A DNA stretch of 64,000 bases, from contig NIVC01000725.1 of NCBI GenBank assembly GCA_002269645.1, forward strand, positions 248,296 to 312,295, given 5' to 3'. A program made the translations under genes and the position numbers. This DNA is from Macrostomum lignano (Eukaryota). Position 1 is the first letter of the stretch, and the number at the start of each line of letters is the position of its first letter. The notes beneath the pieces were generated by a model, which saw nothing but the letters and a program-made list of their open reading frames with translations, had not been told where the DNA came from and did no database searches. Shown here piece after piece: positions 40,228-53,531 of this stretch.

Positions 40228-43200
40228 TAATGTATACTTTTGTCAAGTTTTGCTTAAAGTCTATAAAAAAGGTAGTCTGGTCTGTAAATTAGCAAATATC
40301 AAAATGGCATTAGTCTAGGTCCAAGTCTAAGTCCATAAATTAGTTATACTGGAGAATTTGCCACAATGGCCTAACATTGTCACCAAAATGACTGTCACCA
40401 AAATGTATTGTTGTTAAAGTGTCTACTATTGAAATGTCTTGTTGCTGAAATAATTGGTAGCCTATATATTATACTTAGTACAATATATATAATAGACTCT
40501 ATAGCTATATATATATATATATATCATAACAGCTTATAAATTTTTACTTAAGATATCTCTATATATAAAAATCAAAACTCTGTGTGTGTGTGTATATGTG
40601 TGTATATATGTCTATCTATTTTGTTCACTATGGACTCTTAAACTGCTCAACCAAATTATACTAAATTTTGCAAGCACCCTAAACTCACTACGGAGAATAT
40701 CTTAGGCTACCTTCAAATTTCTTAAATTTGAGTCTTCCTACCTAAAAGTGTAAAAAAACTGCTCAAAATATGTGATTTTTTTCACTAAATTCTCTATAGC
40801 ATTGCTCCACTTTTACCAATCATCTTCAAATTTGACACAATCAATCTTCAACTATTTTGACACAATTATGTAAAATTTTGAGTCTTAAATTTAATTCTGA
40901 ATGGCACTGTGCACTTTTAAAGTTAGGCTGCTTTTTCAGCATGGCAGCCAACCCAACCTCTGCCCACCTGCCTCTCCTAATCTGGGCAAAGGGTGCAAAT
41001 AGGTTTTGAAATGACTAACTTTTGGCTGCCATTTGTCAAGCAAAAGTTTGCTCCACATGAAGCAATTGACTTCAAATTTGACACAATTCTTTATTGACCC
41101 ATTTTCTGTCTAAATGTAAAGTCTCATCTCTGTATCTCAATCAGGACAGAAACTATAAGCATGTGAAGTTTGTCTGCTTTTTCTGTTGTTTTTGCCACTC
41201 ACTCATTCATTCCCCCAAAGCCTGACCGGTTTCCTGTCAATCTGGCAATAGGACAATCCGGTGATAGACGATCTAGTGATAGTCAAAATGACGACAGTTA
41301 GGCCTAATCTGTAAATCTGGCGACAATTTGTAGTAAAAAGCTATCACATGAAAGCTAGCGATTGCTATTTAAACAGATTAAATAGAGCTTTGATTGCTAT
41401 AGGGGCCTAGTTATTATAATTGGTATTATTGCTATTAACTTTTAATAAGGATTGTCTTCTTGCCAGATTGTTTGGAAGCCAGCCAGACCAAGGGGTTAGA
41501 TGATAGGGCTGAATGTACATGGCAATGTACAATGTTTTGGAATAGCTTTGTTTATAGCCTTCTCTGCTGCTCTGCACCCCCATCAAGAGGCGACGTTTAG
41601 CCATTGTAATAAATTGCACATTGCAGTAAAAAATTCAAACCCGAAACATAGTAGGCCTACAAAAGTGTGCTGGATTCAGGAAAATTTATAAACTATCTTA
41701 GCAGAGCAAAGGCCAAAGTCGAAAGCTATGAATACAGCATACAATGCAAGCATGATAAGGAATTAAATCAAAGGCTATGCTAGATTGATAATATTCTTTC
41801 AAGAGGCTCTTCATATTGCTTGTTCTGGTTCTAGAACCAGAACCAATTTGTAAAGTATAACTTTTTGTCTCCTTAACTAGAGGGATATACTTGCTATAAA
41901 CTCTTAATTATTGAATGAAAATCGCCAAGAAGAAAATGAAAAATTATGCAAAGTGAGGCTGTTAAGGCAGTCAAATATTAACAGAGTTAAATAGTTATAC
42001 TGCTGTTTTTCTTGGAAGATCCGAACCGATTCTGGTTCTGGAATTGGTAATGTGAAGAGGCTGTGAAGAATGTGAAGACGCACTGCTCTGTTAAGCTGTT
42101 TAACCTCCAAAAATTATTGAAATTCGAATTTCGAACAGATAACCACTTGTACACAAATTATGCATTAAAAATATACAATTTAGGAAGACTAAATGTAATA
42201 TTTAAAACTTTAAAGAGACATAGGAGGTCCAAAACACTATTATCGATTTCTTAAAGAAAGAAAAAATAAAGCGCTGCATTGTTTTACTTATTATTTCATT
42301 TCACCCTAACTATTTAAATTAAGATTGCGATGTAGTTTTGAATAAAAAAATTTAGTGAATTCTCAGATTTTTTAATTTCTTAGAAGAGTACACTCAGTTT
42401 AGCAACATCTAAGTCGATGTAACATATTAGCGGAAGTCGAGGTCCCATCTATTGAGCAATCTCTTAGCACAAAGTAGTATATTGCAATATTTGTTGTATA
42501 TTTCATTTCTATTCTGAAAGCCAATTTTGGCCATTAGGGCAGACCTCACACTTGAGGACTGCTTACTGTTACTTATACCATGACTACAGTAAGGAAATTA
42601 TTTTTGTAATAGAACCAGACAACAGATGACTTTATAAAAAAGCTCTTTATTCTAGGCCTACTAATATTAGGGTTAGACCCTACTAGTACTACTAAGCCTA
42701 AAGCAAAAAATATAAATTGTAGGCCTAATATATTTACAGTAATATACATAATACATATAAGGGGGCCTAACATATCATGACATATGTAAAATAAGAAACA
42801 TTTTAGGCAATCCTCTAGTTTTGCAGGTCTAATTATTTTTCAAAAAATAGCTACTAGTTGTTAATTACTGCAAGTAAATTTTTGAACTTGCATGAGTGTA
42901 AAACATGGTAGTGACATGGCAGACATGATCAATGTTATGTTTATAGGCCTAGTTATTAGTTTGATTTAAATAAAGGCTATGTCTAGCAAAAACTTGCAAT
43001 TGCTCCTTGTTTTTTTAATGAGACTGTGATTCTGAGAGATTTCTTGCCTTAGCCTTTACTTAAACCTACTTTCCTAAACAATCTTGATTATCAATCTTAA
43101 TAAGCAATACCTCTTTTTGATTATGGCTAGATGCCCTGCAGTACATTGCAGCCATTGCTATTTTTATAGCACTGTTGCTACCTATGTTACACTTTCAGCA

Positions 43201-44029
43201 AAATACTTTTTTAGGTGGCACACTATTACAATATCTAATGCAACTAGACATGATATAACAAACTTGCTAATTGTTAGTTAACTTTGTTAAAAGTCCATTC
43301 AAAATTTATTTAATTCAAAAAAAATGTGTTAAACTTGAGGAATGAGGATTATTTAAATTTAATTGCATTGATAAAATGATTTACTTTTTCTGTATACTAA
43401 AAATGTTATGTCTCTTGATCTATCTATATATATATATGCGATAGATTAGAAAAAAATAGCTTAACCAATTTTCATGAGATTTGCACTGTTCAATTAGAAA
43501 TTTTCCCAAGACTGTACATGTGTCTTGGCCAAAAATTTGATCAATGCTAAAGGCATTAAATATTCAAAAAACATGCTTTTTTGCAAAGGTCATATAAACT
43601 TTTCAACTTGAAATGCATTGTAAGAATGCTAGAAAAAAAACTCATTGGTTGAATTCTAATTCTGAAATAGATTGCATCATAACTAAATTGTAACTCTGAC
43701 TTGAATTGAAAATACAGTGTGGAACTTGTGTAGCACCAGACTTTATTTAGATTGTATATAAACATATTATTAATAATTAATTGATACTGACTGAGAAATT
43801 TATTATATCATAATTGCTTCGTGTGATTTATTCTATGTTTGGAGTTTGAAGTATTGAATTATATAAGTGCTAAATTTCATGCTATCAAAATGATGAGAGC
43901 TAGCCTAGAGGTGAATAGACTGAACTGCTAAATGTAGCAACAATGGTTCCAATGTTCATAGAATAGAATTTTTTTAATTAAAACTTTTGAACGTTAGGAA
44001 AACTAAAAGGCTTTTTTAAAAGAAGCATC

Positions 44030-44515
44030 ATATAAAGAATCAAAAGCATCATATAAAAAATCAAAGAAGTGTCATGTAAAAAATTATAAAAGCGTTATAT
44101 ACACAATCATAGAAGTATCATATTAACAATCATAGAAGTGTCTTCTAAAAAATGATAAAAGCATCATGTAAAGAATCATAGAAGCATCATGTAAAAAATC
44201 ATAAAAGTGCCATGTAAAGAATCATAGAATTTTCATGTAAAAAGTCATAGAAGTGTCATGTAAACAATCATAGAAGTATCATGTATACAATCATAGAAGC
44301 ATCATGTAAAAGTCATAGAAGTGTCATGTAAAAAATCATAGAAGCATCATGTAAAAAATCATAGAAGCGTCATGTAAAAAAGAGGGGAATAGCTGAGATG
44401 TCAAGACTTGCAAGGGGAATAGCTGAGATGTCAAGACTTGCAAGGGGAATAGTTGAGATGTCAAGACTCACAAGGGATTGCTGAGGTTATTGCAAAGAGA
44501 AACTGTAGTTTAAAC
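44030..44515. repeat. ~23-bp (ATCATAGAAGTGTCATGTAAAAA) and 30-bp (AGGGGAATAGCTGAGATGTCAAGACTTGCA) tandem repeats flanking the large element
   Basis: The units can be read directly. Related sequence recurs in direct orientation at 57405-57910. Confidence 0.85.
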
Positions 44516-44689
44516 ATGTAGTTTATTCAAAAGTAGAATAAAGCCTTGACAAAAGAAGTATCATATCAGACATAAAAGAAGTGTCGTATAAAAACCCGTA
44601 TAAAACGAAATGGTCACAAAAAGGGGCTGTGACTGTTCCACTTGTTACCGTGGTCTGTAATGCTTGTGACCGTTTATTGTGACTGTTCA

Positions 44690-45060
44690 TGTTCATGATA
44701 ATAAGGTAACATGATACCATTCATAGTTACCATATATGTGACTATTTGTTCAGGGTCACATGTTACCGTTCAAAGTTACCATATTTTGTGACCATTTCTT
44801 CAGGGTCACATGTTACCATTCAAAGTTACCATATTTTGTGACCATTTGTTCAGGGTCACATGTTACATTGTTACCGTTCAATGTTACCGTATTTTGTGAC
44901 CATTTGTTTAGGGTCACATGCTACCGTTCAATATGACCGTATTTTGTGACCATTTTGCTTAGGGTAACTATGTTACTGTTTACTTCTGCCATATTTTGTG
45001 ACCGTTTTGCTTAGGGTAACTATGTTACTGTTTACTGTTACCATATTTTGTGACCATTTT
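44690..45060. repeat. Left subterminal array, ~50-bp unit rich in GTGACC/GGTCAC/GTTACC
   Basis: Period 50 (CAGGGTCACA at 44751 and 44801). It is the reverse complement of the right array. Confidence 0.9.
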
Positions 45061-45240
45061 GTGATCTTGTGTGTTTTTTTCTGACTATCAACCAACAGTA
45101 TTATAATGTGCAAATAAGTAACAGGAATACAAATCAGCAGTAATATATTAGATGTAAAGTAACCAGTAATTGCGGCAATTAAGCTTTATATACGCAAAGC
45201 GCGCTATTATTAAAATGCATTATTATATGGTACATAGTGG

Positions 45241-45510
45241 TCGCAGAAGTGCGCCAAAAAAAGTAGTTGAATTAGTGGGACATCGCAGAAGTGTGCCAAA
45301 AAGAAGTAGTTGAATTAGTGGGACATCGCAGAAGTGCGCCAAAAAGAAGTAGTTGAATTAGTGGGACATCGCAGAAGTGCGCCAAAAAGAAGTAGTTGAA
45401 TTAGTGGGACATCGCAGAAGTGCGCCAAAAAGAACTAGTTGAATTAGTGGGACATCGCAGTAGTGCGCCAAAAAGAACTAGTTGAATTAGTGGGACATCA
45501 CAGAAGTGCG
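45241..45510. repeat. 43-bp tandem repeat CGCAGAAGTGCGCCAAAAAGAAGTAGTTGAATTAGTGGGACAT, ~6 copies
   Basis: Contiguous near-identical units with no spacers. Confidence 0.93.
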
Positions 45511-45723
45511 CAACCAAAAGTTAAGCAGTTTTAGAAACCCATTGTACTGCAACGTTTAGGTTTAGTTTAGCTTTGTTTAGTTTAGCACAATGATATGTTG
45601 CATACACAAATTTCTCCCTCCCACTCTCTCCATTTTCTTTAATTATTCCCAATAAAAACAGAAAAAGCCCAGTAAATAATAAAATGCCCGAAATGGCTGC
45701 ATTTCAGTCTGGTACACTTCGAC

Positions 45724-47939
45724 TCATGGATTTGCAGATGGATGAGAGGCTGCAGCTTCGTTGTCATTGTGATCTCTGTTGTCGCCAATGTTGGCGTCCT
45801 CATCATTGGCATCAATGTCGATCGTCGCCACCTCATTTCTGCTGGGTGCCAATTTGAGCGATTTTTGTAGTTTTCGCGCAGTACAGAATCCAGTGCGCTT
45901 AAACACACCGGCATACTTTCTCTCCGGAATTTGGTTGGGCAACTGCAGGCCTTCAATAAACGCCTTAATGGCAAATTTTTTTCTCTTTGACACTTCCACC
46001 TTTGGTGGTGGACCAGTTTTTGTCGACCTACGTCCCGTGTAAGAGCAGGTTGTCAGCTTGTCGTCCGTGAAAATTGCTAGGTACAAGGTCCAAACAATTT
46101 ATCTGGGTCGGTACTCCTGTAACCTCCCTTGACATAGGTGGACACGGCATGCTTTATCTTTGCGTAGTTGGTGGCCGACACGACAACGTCAGGACAGCGC
46201 GCTGTCAAGGACCTCGTCTTGGGCTCACGTTTCCACTGATTCACTGACAACATTTGGATCTGAGTGCGCAGGTCCATGTCATCCAGCAACAGAGCTGCAG
46301 ACGATGCGGCTGCAGAAGCGCCACCACTAGCAGTCGTACTGCTGCTGCTAATCATGTCAGCAACGCAATCTACTGCGATATCCTGCGAAAGCGCACCTTG
46401 CAGAACGCCAATAGTGGAAAACATGGTGTCCTGCAACTCTGTAGCATATTTGGCAAGAACACCGGCCAATGGTTCAGCAGAACTTGAAGGATTAGCACCG
46501 ATCTATGCGTACTCGAGTTGGCACTCCAACTCGCGTGTTCTATTGGCTGCACTTTCATACTTCTCTTTGTACTCATTGCGCTCAAATTCAGCATCTTTGA
46601 GTCTTTTGGCCAGGTCTTCAATCTGCCATTGCAGGCTTTCCCTGTAGCCATTGGCAGTCTGCTGCGCCAATTCGGCAGATGTCCGGAGGTTTAAAACCTC
46701 TTGCCTGAGCGCCTGGCAGGTGGCGCAACCATTAGGCATGTTAATGCCACCCGGCCTGTGTACCGCTTGACAGGCACTGGCACCGGCTTCTGCAGCCGCC
46801 TTTGTGCAGTATGGCCCTTTGCATATTCGCACGCGGTACGCTTTACTATTGGAGGTCTTTCCTGGTCTAATGGTGACCTTATTGTCAACTGACAGTTTGC
46901 TCGGATCTACTGAGCCATCAGTAAGTACACACTTGTCGGCATAGACTCCAAGCCGACTGCTGTCTTTCGGCGCATATTCAAATACCCAGTAGCGGTATGC
47001 TGCTGGGCCACCGGAAGCTGGCTTTTTACCGGCGCCAGTCGCAGAGGTGCTAGAAGCGCCAGCAGCGGTAGAAGCACCAGCGGGAGTAGAAGCACCATCA
47101 GTGTTAGCGCATGCGCCAGCTACAGCGGCAGCAGTAGTGCCAGCGGCGGTAAAAGTACCAGTAGGAGTAGAAGCACCATCAGTGTTAGCACATGCACCAG
47201 CTGCAGCAGCGGCAGTAGTGCCAGCAGTGGTAGAAGCACCAGCAGGAGTAGAAGCACCATCAGTGTTAGCGCATGCGCCAGCTGCAGCGGCAGCAGTAGC
47301 GCCAGTGGCAGTAGAAGCACCAGCAGGAGTAGAAGCACCATCAGTGTTAGTGCATGCGCCAGCTGCAGCGGCGGCAGTAGCGCCAGTGGCAGTAGAAGTA
47401 CCAGCAGGAGTAGAAGCACCATCAGTATTAGTGCATGCGCCAGTTGCAGCAGCAGCAGTAGCGCAAGCGGCGGTAGAAGCACAGGCGCGAGTAGAAGCAC
47501 CATCAGTGTTAGCGCATGCGCCAGCTGCAACGGCGGCAGTAGTGCCAGCAGCGGTAGAAGCACCAGTGGGAGTAGAAGCACCATCAGTATTAGCGCATGC
47601 GCCAGCTGCAGCGGCGGCAGTAGCGCCAGCGGCGGTAGAAGCACCAGTGGGAGTAGAAGCACCATCAGTGTTAGCGCATGTGCCAGCTGCAGCGGCGGCA
47701 GTAGCGCCAGTGGCAGTAGAAGCACCAGCGGGGATAGAAGCGCCATCAGCATTAGTGGATGCACCAGTGGCGGAAGTAGCGCTAGCAGCGGCAGAGGCCA
47801 AGTTGGACTTGCTGTTGCACTTTTTTACCGCTTTTTCATTGTTTGGCTCCATCTTGATGGGCCTCTTTCGCGACCCTTTGGTGCCCATTTTGCTGCCATT
47901 CTCTTTTGGCTTTGTAGTAGCGTCACTTGGTTTGGGCAT
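45724..47939 (-). pseudogene. BEN-domain protein gene (~740 aa) with one premature TAG (46505-46503) and one frameshift (~46095)
   Basis: ORF 47975-46503 and ORF 46469-46077 share one frame separated by a single TAG. A one-base shift joins LYLAIFTDDKLTTCSYTGRRS...KRKKFAIKAFIE...CTARK, which has the BEN pattern (F..e.L...S.TG...k..AI). It also contains 81-bp in-frame repeats and a CxxC-coiled coil. Domain recognised by eye. Confidence 0.7.
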
Positions 47940-48518
47940 TTTGGTTTCTACTATTGTAATACTGCAGTGCTGCAAATGAGGATATAGTTTAATCTGAGTG
48001 TTACAAAGTACAGATATAGTAGAAAAAATGTGCAGCTGCTAGTTTAGTGTTAGTCTGTGTTTAGCATGCAGGTGCTAGTTTAGTGTTAGTCCATGTTTAG
48101 CGTGCAGTTGCAAGTTTAGTGTTAGTCCGTGTTTAGTGTGCAGGTACTAGCTAGTTTAGTTTAGTTTAACTATAGTTTAGTGTTAGTCCGTGTTTTACAC
48201 AAGGTACTAAGATTAAAGGTGATCAATGGTACATTTGAAATGAATGGAACAACGGCTTGACAGACGTATTTCGGACGGTTTAAAATACCGTTAGTAATAA
48301 TTTAGTTATGTAGCGCAGTCGTGAGCGCGAAAAAGTTTTATACAAAACACATGCAGTTTTAAAGTACAGTTAGAAATTTAGTGATGTAGCACAGTCCTTC
48401 ATCACTTTATTTGTCTAATTATTGCAAGGTTCCGGACCTCTTAGTTGTAGAGGTTTGCAACGACGCTTACCAACTTTCATTGCATTGATTGGTGCCTCTG
48501 GGGGTGTGTCTGGCATTT

Positions 48519-49622
48519 CTATGCGGAAAAATTGGGGTCGTAGTTTGGCCTCAGTTGGTTGGACCGATGACGGCCAGCCGCCTGCAGGCGTTTCCTCTTT
48601 GTCTCCGGCAATAGGTTGGCAAACCAACCCTTGCATTGAACGCAGCAGTGCACTTCGAGCTGCATGCGCTCATCCCACTTTCGAGCCTTAAAAATGCAGT
48701 TTTGCAGAATCCTCGCCTCAGGCAGTCGGTTATAGTCTGCTATGAAACTGTCCGACAACACCATTTGAGCTGGTCTGGTTTGAATGGCTTCAGTGGACAT
48801 TGCCAAAGGCCCGTCACGCAACTGCTGCTCATCCTCACTGTCCAGCTGTGCAGCCAGCTGATTCAGCTGACGCTGACTCACCTGGTTGTTGGTGTACCAG
48901 TTATGCAGACTCTCGGGGCCCATAGTCTCCGATTCACAGACTTGCGCACAGTCACGCGACTGCTGCTCATCCTCACTGTCCAGCTGCGCGGCCAACTGAT
49001 TCAGCTGACGCCGACTCGCCTGGTTGTCGGCATACCAGTTATGCAGACTCTCGGGGCCCATAGTCTCCGATTTGCAGACTTGCGCACAGTCATACGACTG
49101 CTGCTCATCCTCACTGTCCAGCTGTGCAGCCAGCTGATTCAGCTGACGCTGACTCACCTGGTTGTTGGTGTACCAGTTATGCAGACTCTCGGGGCCCATA
49201 GTCTCCGATTCACAGACTTGCGCACAGTCACGCGACTGCTGCTCATCCTCACTGTCCAGCTGCGCGGCCAACTGATTCAGCTGATGCCGACTCGCCTGGT
49301 TGTCGGCATACCAGTTATGCAGACTCTTGGGGCCCATAGTCTCCAATTCGCAGACTTGCGCATAGTCACGCGCCTGGTTGGCGGCAATATCGCTGTAGCA
49401 AGTGTCCTTGAATGGCCATGCGGACTTTGTCACTTGAGTGCTGGGCACTACATCTGAATGCACGATAGCCCGATGGAAGTGCACGTTGCGGCTGGTATCG
49501 AACACCGGCGAACCTGGTTGCCCGCTATGCAGGCGCTCCACCTCCGCTCTCAAGGCCCAGTTCTCGTGAACCAGTGCTTTGCAGATTTCGCATGTTGCGG
49601 CTTGAGACCAGTGATCCAACAT
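48519..49622 (-). CDS. Transposon cargo ORF B, unknown function (CxxC-coiled coil, four 46-aa repeats)
   Basis: Open frame of about 367 codons from ATG 49622, 138-bp in-frame repeats, and an acceptor-like TTGCAG at 49656 upstream of the ATG. Confidence 0.6.
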   Translation of the reverse strand: MLDHWSQAATCEICKALVHENWALRAEVERLHSGQPGSPVFDTSRNVHFHRAIVHSDVVPSTQVTKSAWPFKDTCYSDIAANQARDYAQVCELETMGPKSLHNWYADNQASRHQLNQLAAQLDSEDEQQSRDCAQVCESETMGPESLHNWYTNNQVSQRQLNQLAAQLDSEDEQQSYDCAQVCKSETMGPESLHNWYADNQASRRQLNQLAAQLDSEDEQQSRDCAQVCESETMGPESLHNWYTNNQVSQRQLNQLAAQLDSEDEQQLRDGPLAMSTEAIQTRPAQMVLSDSFIADYNRLPEARILQNCIFKARKWDERMQLEVHCCVQCKGWFANLLPETKRKRLQAAGRHRSNQLRPNYDPNFSA

Positions 49623-50556
49623 CGACAATGAGAAGAAACTCGGACAGGTACGGAGCTGCAAGGCGTTAAGATGCAAAAAGTGTAAAATTTTTAAGCTTCA
49701 GATCAGAATGAAAGCAACAGCTGCGTACGCAAATGGGCTATATTTTCCGTCTGCATATTTCCTGTACGCTTATATTGGTTACTCCAAAAGAAGACAACAC
49801 ACACACACTGCAGCTGTGACCAGAGTAATAGTAAAAAGTAAGAATTGACCAAAATAGGCGCCGCATAACTTGCCGCAACCTTGCAGCCATCGGGCTATAT
49901 GTATTATTAATATTATTAGTAGTAGTAGAATTATGAATATTAATTGCAACACATAGTACATACACGGTAGTATTAGTATTACTTAGGTTAATAATTGGAA
50001 GAACATAGTGTGAAAGAACAATAAAAGCTATGGAAGAAAAATATATGCGCATTAATGCGTCATTGCCATATATGGCCATATATATATAACATACGCTGAC
50101 AACTTAACAGGCGTAGACTGTCAAGCGGCAGCAGTAGAAAAATATCTGCGCATTAATGCGTCATCGCCAAAATAAATGGCGCTGGCAAAATAAATGCAGC
50201 TGGGTTGGCTGGCCATTAGACTATGAGACGTGGCCAAAAGTGTAACGTGAATGTATTATTGAACAGTTGGAACCATTTAAATACTATTTACTATTTACTA
50301 TTATTATTTTATTTATTTATTTAATTTTATTTATTATTACTATTTACGATGTACTATTTAATTAAAAAGCCTATGGCTGTTTCATGAAGTGTATTATAAA
50401 GATGATGCTACTATTCTAGGCAATTATTTTGAAGGCTGCAGTAGATGGATTTTGAATTTTCGTTTTGAAAGTTTAATATTCGAGACGTTAAATTCTACAT
50501 TCTCGTTAACTTTTGGCCACACCTCGGATGCTCTTTGAAATTTCACCTATATAGGT

Positions 50557-52030
50557 CTAACTGGACATGTCCCAATACTGCAGTAAAATCGCCAAAGTGG
50601 CGTCCGCCATGCCGAAGGCGCAGACTGGTCGGCTATGCAGTAGTGCAGCCATGGCAGTGAACAATCGCCGCAGGCGGGTAGAGCGACCACCACGCAGCCT
50701 ATCACGGCGAGCGGACAGCGGCTCAGGCTCCAGCACGACGCGGGCGGTGTAGGTGGCCTTCCAAAAGCTGGCCTCCGCCCAAGACATCTCGCGAAACCAC
50801 GCCGCTTTGCCGTACACTACGGCGACCGGCGGCCCATTGGCGGACCGTTGCACTGCCTCGCCGGACTCTAGTACAGTTTGGCCATATCGATCGCACATCA
50901 TGCGCAGGCAGTTGGCCATTGCCTTTTGCGCCTCAGCGGGCGTGTCACCATGGCTGGCGCCTTTTGATCTTTGTTGCGCCAGGTACGCAATCATTGTCGT
51001 GATGACAATGCGGCAGCGGCGTATCTTGCTGGGCTCCTCAGCCCATGCCGGTAGCTGCTTGGCCACTCGCTGCAGCATGTCGACCACCACAGCTTTTTCT
51101 GCAGCTTTGTCTGACGCCATGTCGATCCAGGCTGCTGGCCAGTTAAAGCCATTGGCGCACAGTGGTGCACACGATGGACAAACCGATGCCGCACTATTTG
51201 CTGCGCCAGATGGTGGCTGCGCAGGTGCACAGTCCACTGCACGTTCTGCGCCGGATGGCGGCTGCGCAGGTGCACAGTACACTGCACTTTCTGTGCCGGA
51301 TGGCGGCTGCGCAGGTGCACAGTCCACTGCACATTCTGCGCCGGATGGCGGCTGCGCAGGTGCACAGTCCACTGCACGTTCTGCGCCGGATGGCGGCTGC
51401 GCAGGTGCACAGTCCACTGCACATTCTGCGCCGGATGGCGGCTGCGCAGGTGCACAGTCCACTGCACGTTCTGCGCTGGATGGCGGCTGCGCAGGTGCAC
51501 AGTCCACTGCACGTTCTGCGCCGGATGGCGGCTGCGCAGGTGCACAGTCCACTGCACATTCTGCGCCGGATGGCGGCTGCGCAGGTGCACAGTCCACTGC
51601 ACGTTCTGCGCCGGATGGCGGCTTCGCAGGTGCACAGTCCACTGCACGTTCTGCGCCGGATGGCGGCTGCACAGGTGGCAGTTGCGCAATGGAAATTTTA
51701 ATGGCCTGTTGAATATCATCGGGTGATCGGGCTGCCGAACTTGCTTCTGCGCCGGCTGGACCAGCTGATGGCACCGGGTGGTCCAATCGCAGCAATCGCT
51801 TGCTTATGTCACTAGCCTGCATAGCAACCAGGGCCAGTTCGCCATGCAGGCCATTGAAGCGATCTTGAAGGTCGCAGAGAGTCGCTTTGTGATCCGATTG
51901 TTGCAGCGGCAGCTCCTGCAGCGTACAGATGAGTGCACAGCTGCTATCAATATTTTTTGCAATATGTGTGATATTGTCTTAAAATGCTTGCAGACCGCAT
52001 TATTTTATCAAGCGAGTCTGCATCCGCCAT
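50557..52030 (-). CDS. Transposon cargo ORF C, unknown function (15-aa PPSGAERAVDCAPAQ repeats); apparent frameshift in an A6 run at 51953-51958
   Basis: A 421-codon ORF extends upstream in frame. Removing one A from the homopolymer joins it to ATG 52030 (MADADSLDKIMR...). 45-bp in-frame repeats. Confidence 0.6.
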
Positions 52031-53326
52031 AGTAGAATTAGAGTTAATCTGGAATGGTTAATTGTAGGATAGCATAATTACAAGAACAGACACAATTCCA
52101 TGAAGTATAAAACTGCCACTTAAGAAATTAAGAAAATTGTCAGCCAATTTTTTTTACCAAAAGTTTTTTATGGTGCAATATCTACAGTTGAAGAATAAAT
52201 GAATGATAAAATGTTGTCTGATTAGTACGTCGTTGTTATCCGGTGGCAGAAAGTCATTTTTGTAAAACTTTGGACATTTTTCTAAGCAAAAGACATAATT
52301 AAGTTTCTGTACCTTTTAAAAACAAATAGAAAGCTTTGGAGGGTTGAAAAAAACTATAGATAAAAGTATAGTACTTGCATCATCAGATAAAAATACTGGT
52401 GGCCAAATAATCTGTTATCTTTTTCATTTATTGGTACCTCAAAGTTACGAAATTAATGAAAAAAAGTGTTATGACCATAAGGCTGCCTTTTTTGTATCTT
52501 TGTTGCCTTTTTGATTTTAATTATATATTGCAAAAGGAGTATGATTTCTGAAGATGTTCTTAGTCCAATTTAAAAAAAATGTATTGCAAAATATCAAACA
52601 TATTTTATATGTTTGAAAAATGTTATAAAACTTTAACTGTTTAGTTTCTATATGCCAAAAATTACAACCATATTAAATATTACATATTACAACCATAAGT
52701 GCCACTCAACGCTTAATAGCATCTATATTAATGATGACATCTATATGAAAGTGTATAAACATATTCTTGACAAAATTATATTTCATTTAAAATATTGCTC
52801 CAGTATATTCTATTATTATATTTCATTTTATAAGTAAAAAAAGCAGTTATGCCTGTGCTTATATGGAATGAACCTAAAGATGTTGTATTCACATAGCCAC
52901 ACACATGAGACAACTTAATCAACAGTTCACTGAAAACGTAACAGTCGAAAACGAAAAAAGATTTGAATCGGTGACTTGTCTGCCATATTGATTTTTAGTC
53001 CTGTTAACGACGTCGTGTCTTTTATTCACTACGTTTCTCACTTGTTGCACAATACTAACCTTCAAATTCCATAGTTGCAATTGTCATATTTTAAGAGGTA
53101 TAAGATGGTACCTACTTAAGAGAATCCTATCTTACTATCACTATAGCAGTATGGTTCAGTAGATTGTATTTCTAGAAATAAATTTAACGCAGTGAATTCA
53201 TTTTCCAGTGAAGCAGGTATAAACTTCATGTATTTCATGCAAATTTATAGACTGTAGCCCGCTGCCCATATTGATCAGAATATGAGATGTAGTTTTGAAC
53301 AGCAATGTGAGTTAAACTATGGCATA

Positions 53327-53531
53327 CAGGGGCAACAGAGTCTAATATTTTTGGGGGGCACCAGGCACAGGGCAAGGGGGGCACCAGGCACAGGGCAAGG
53401 GGGGCACAGGTACCTTCATAATTACTGCTAATTAGGGCCTAAAATCAGAGGAAGCACTAAAAATTACCGCCTGGATTTATTTTCTAGGGGGAGGCACATG
53501 CCCCCGGTGCCGCAAGCTCCCGCCACCCATG
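53327..53531. mobile_element. hAT-type MITE (205 bp) nested in the large element
   Basis: Exact 8-bp TSD ATGGCATA (53319-53326 and 53532-53539) and imperfect TIRs CAGGGGCAACAGAG / CATGGGTGGCGGGAG. Confidence 0.75.

Noticed and set aside
40260-44020. AT-rich stretch with short ORFs and a few reiterated motifs (e.g. TTCAAATTTGACACAAT twice)
   Set aside because: Probably decayed non-autonomous repeats, but I could not define termini or TSDs, and the ORFs are at chance length.
45241-45510. 43-bp direct repeats considered as a CRISPR-like array
   Set aside because: The units are contiguous with no unique spacers, there are no cas genes, and the context is eukaryotic.
47047-51712. Plus-strand ORFs 47047-47979, 48636-49457 and 50753-51712
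   Set aside because: They are antisense shadows of the GC-rich in-frame repeats of the minus-strand cargo ORFs, with no independent features.
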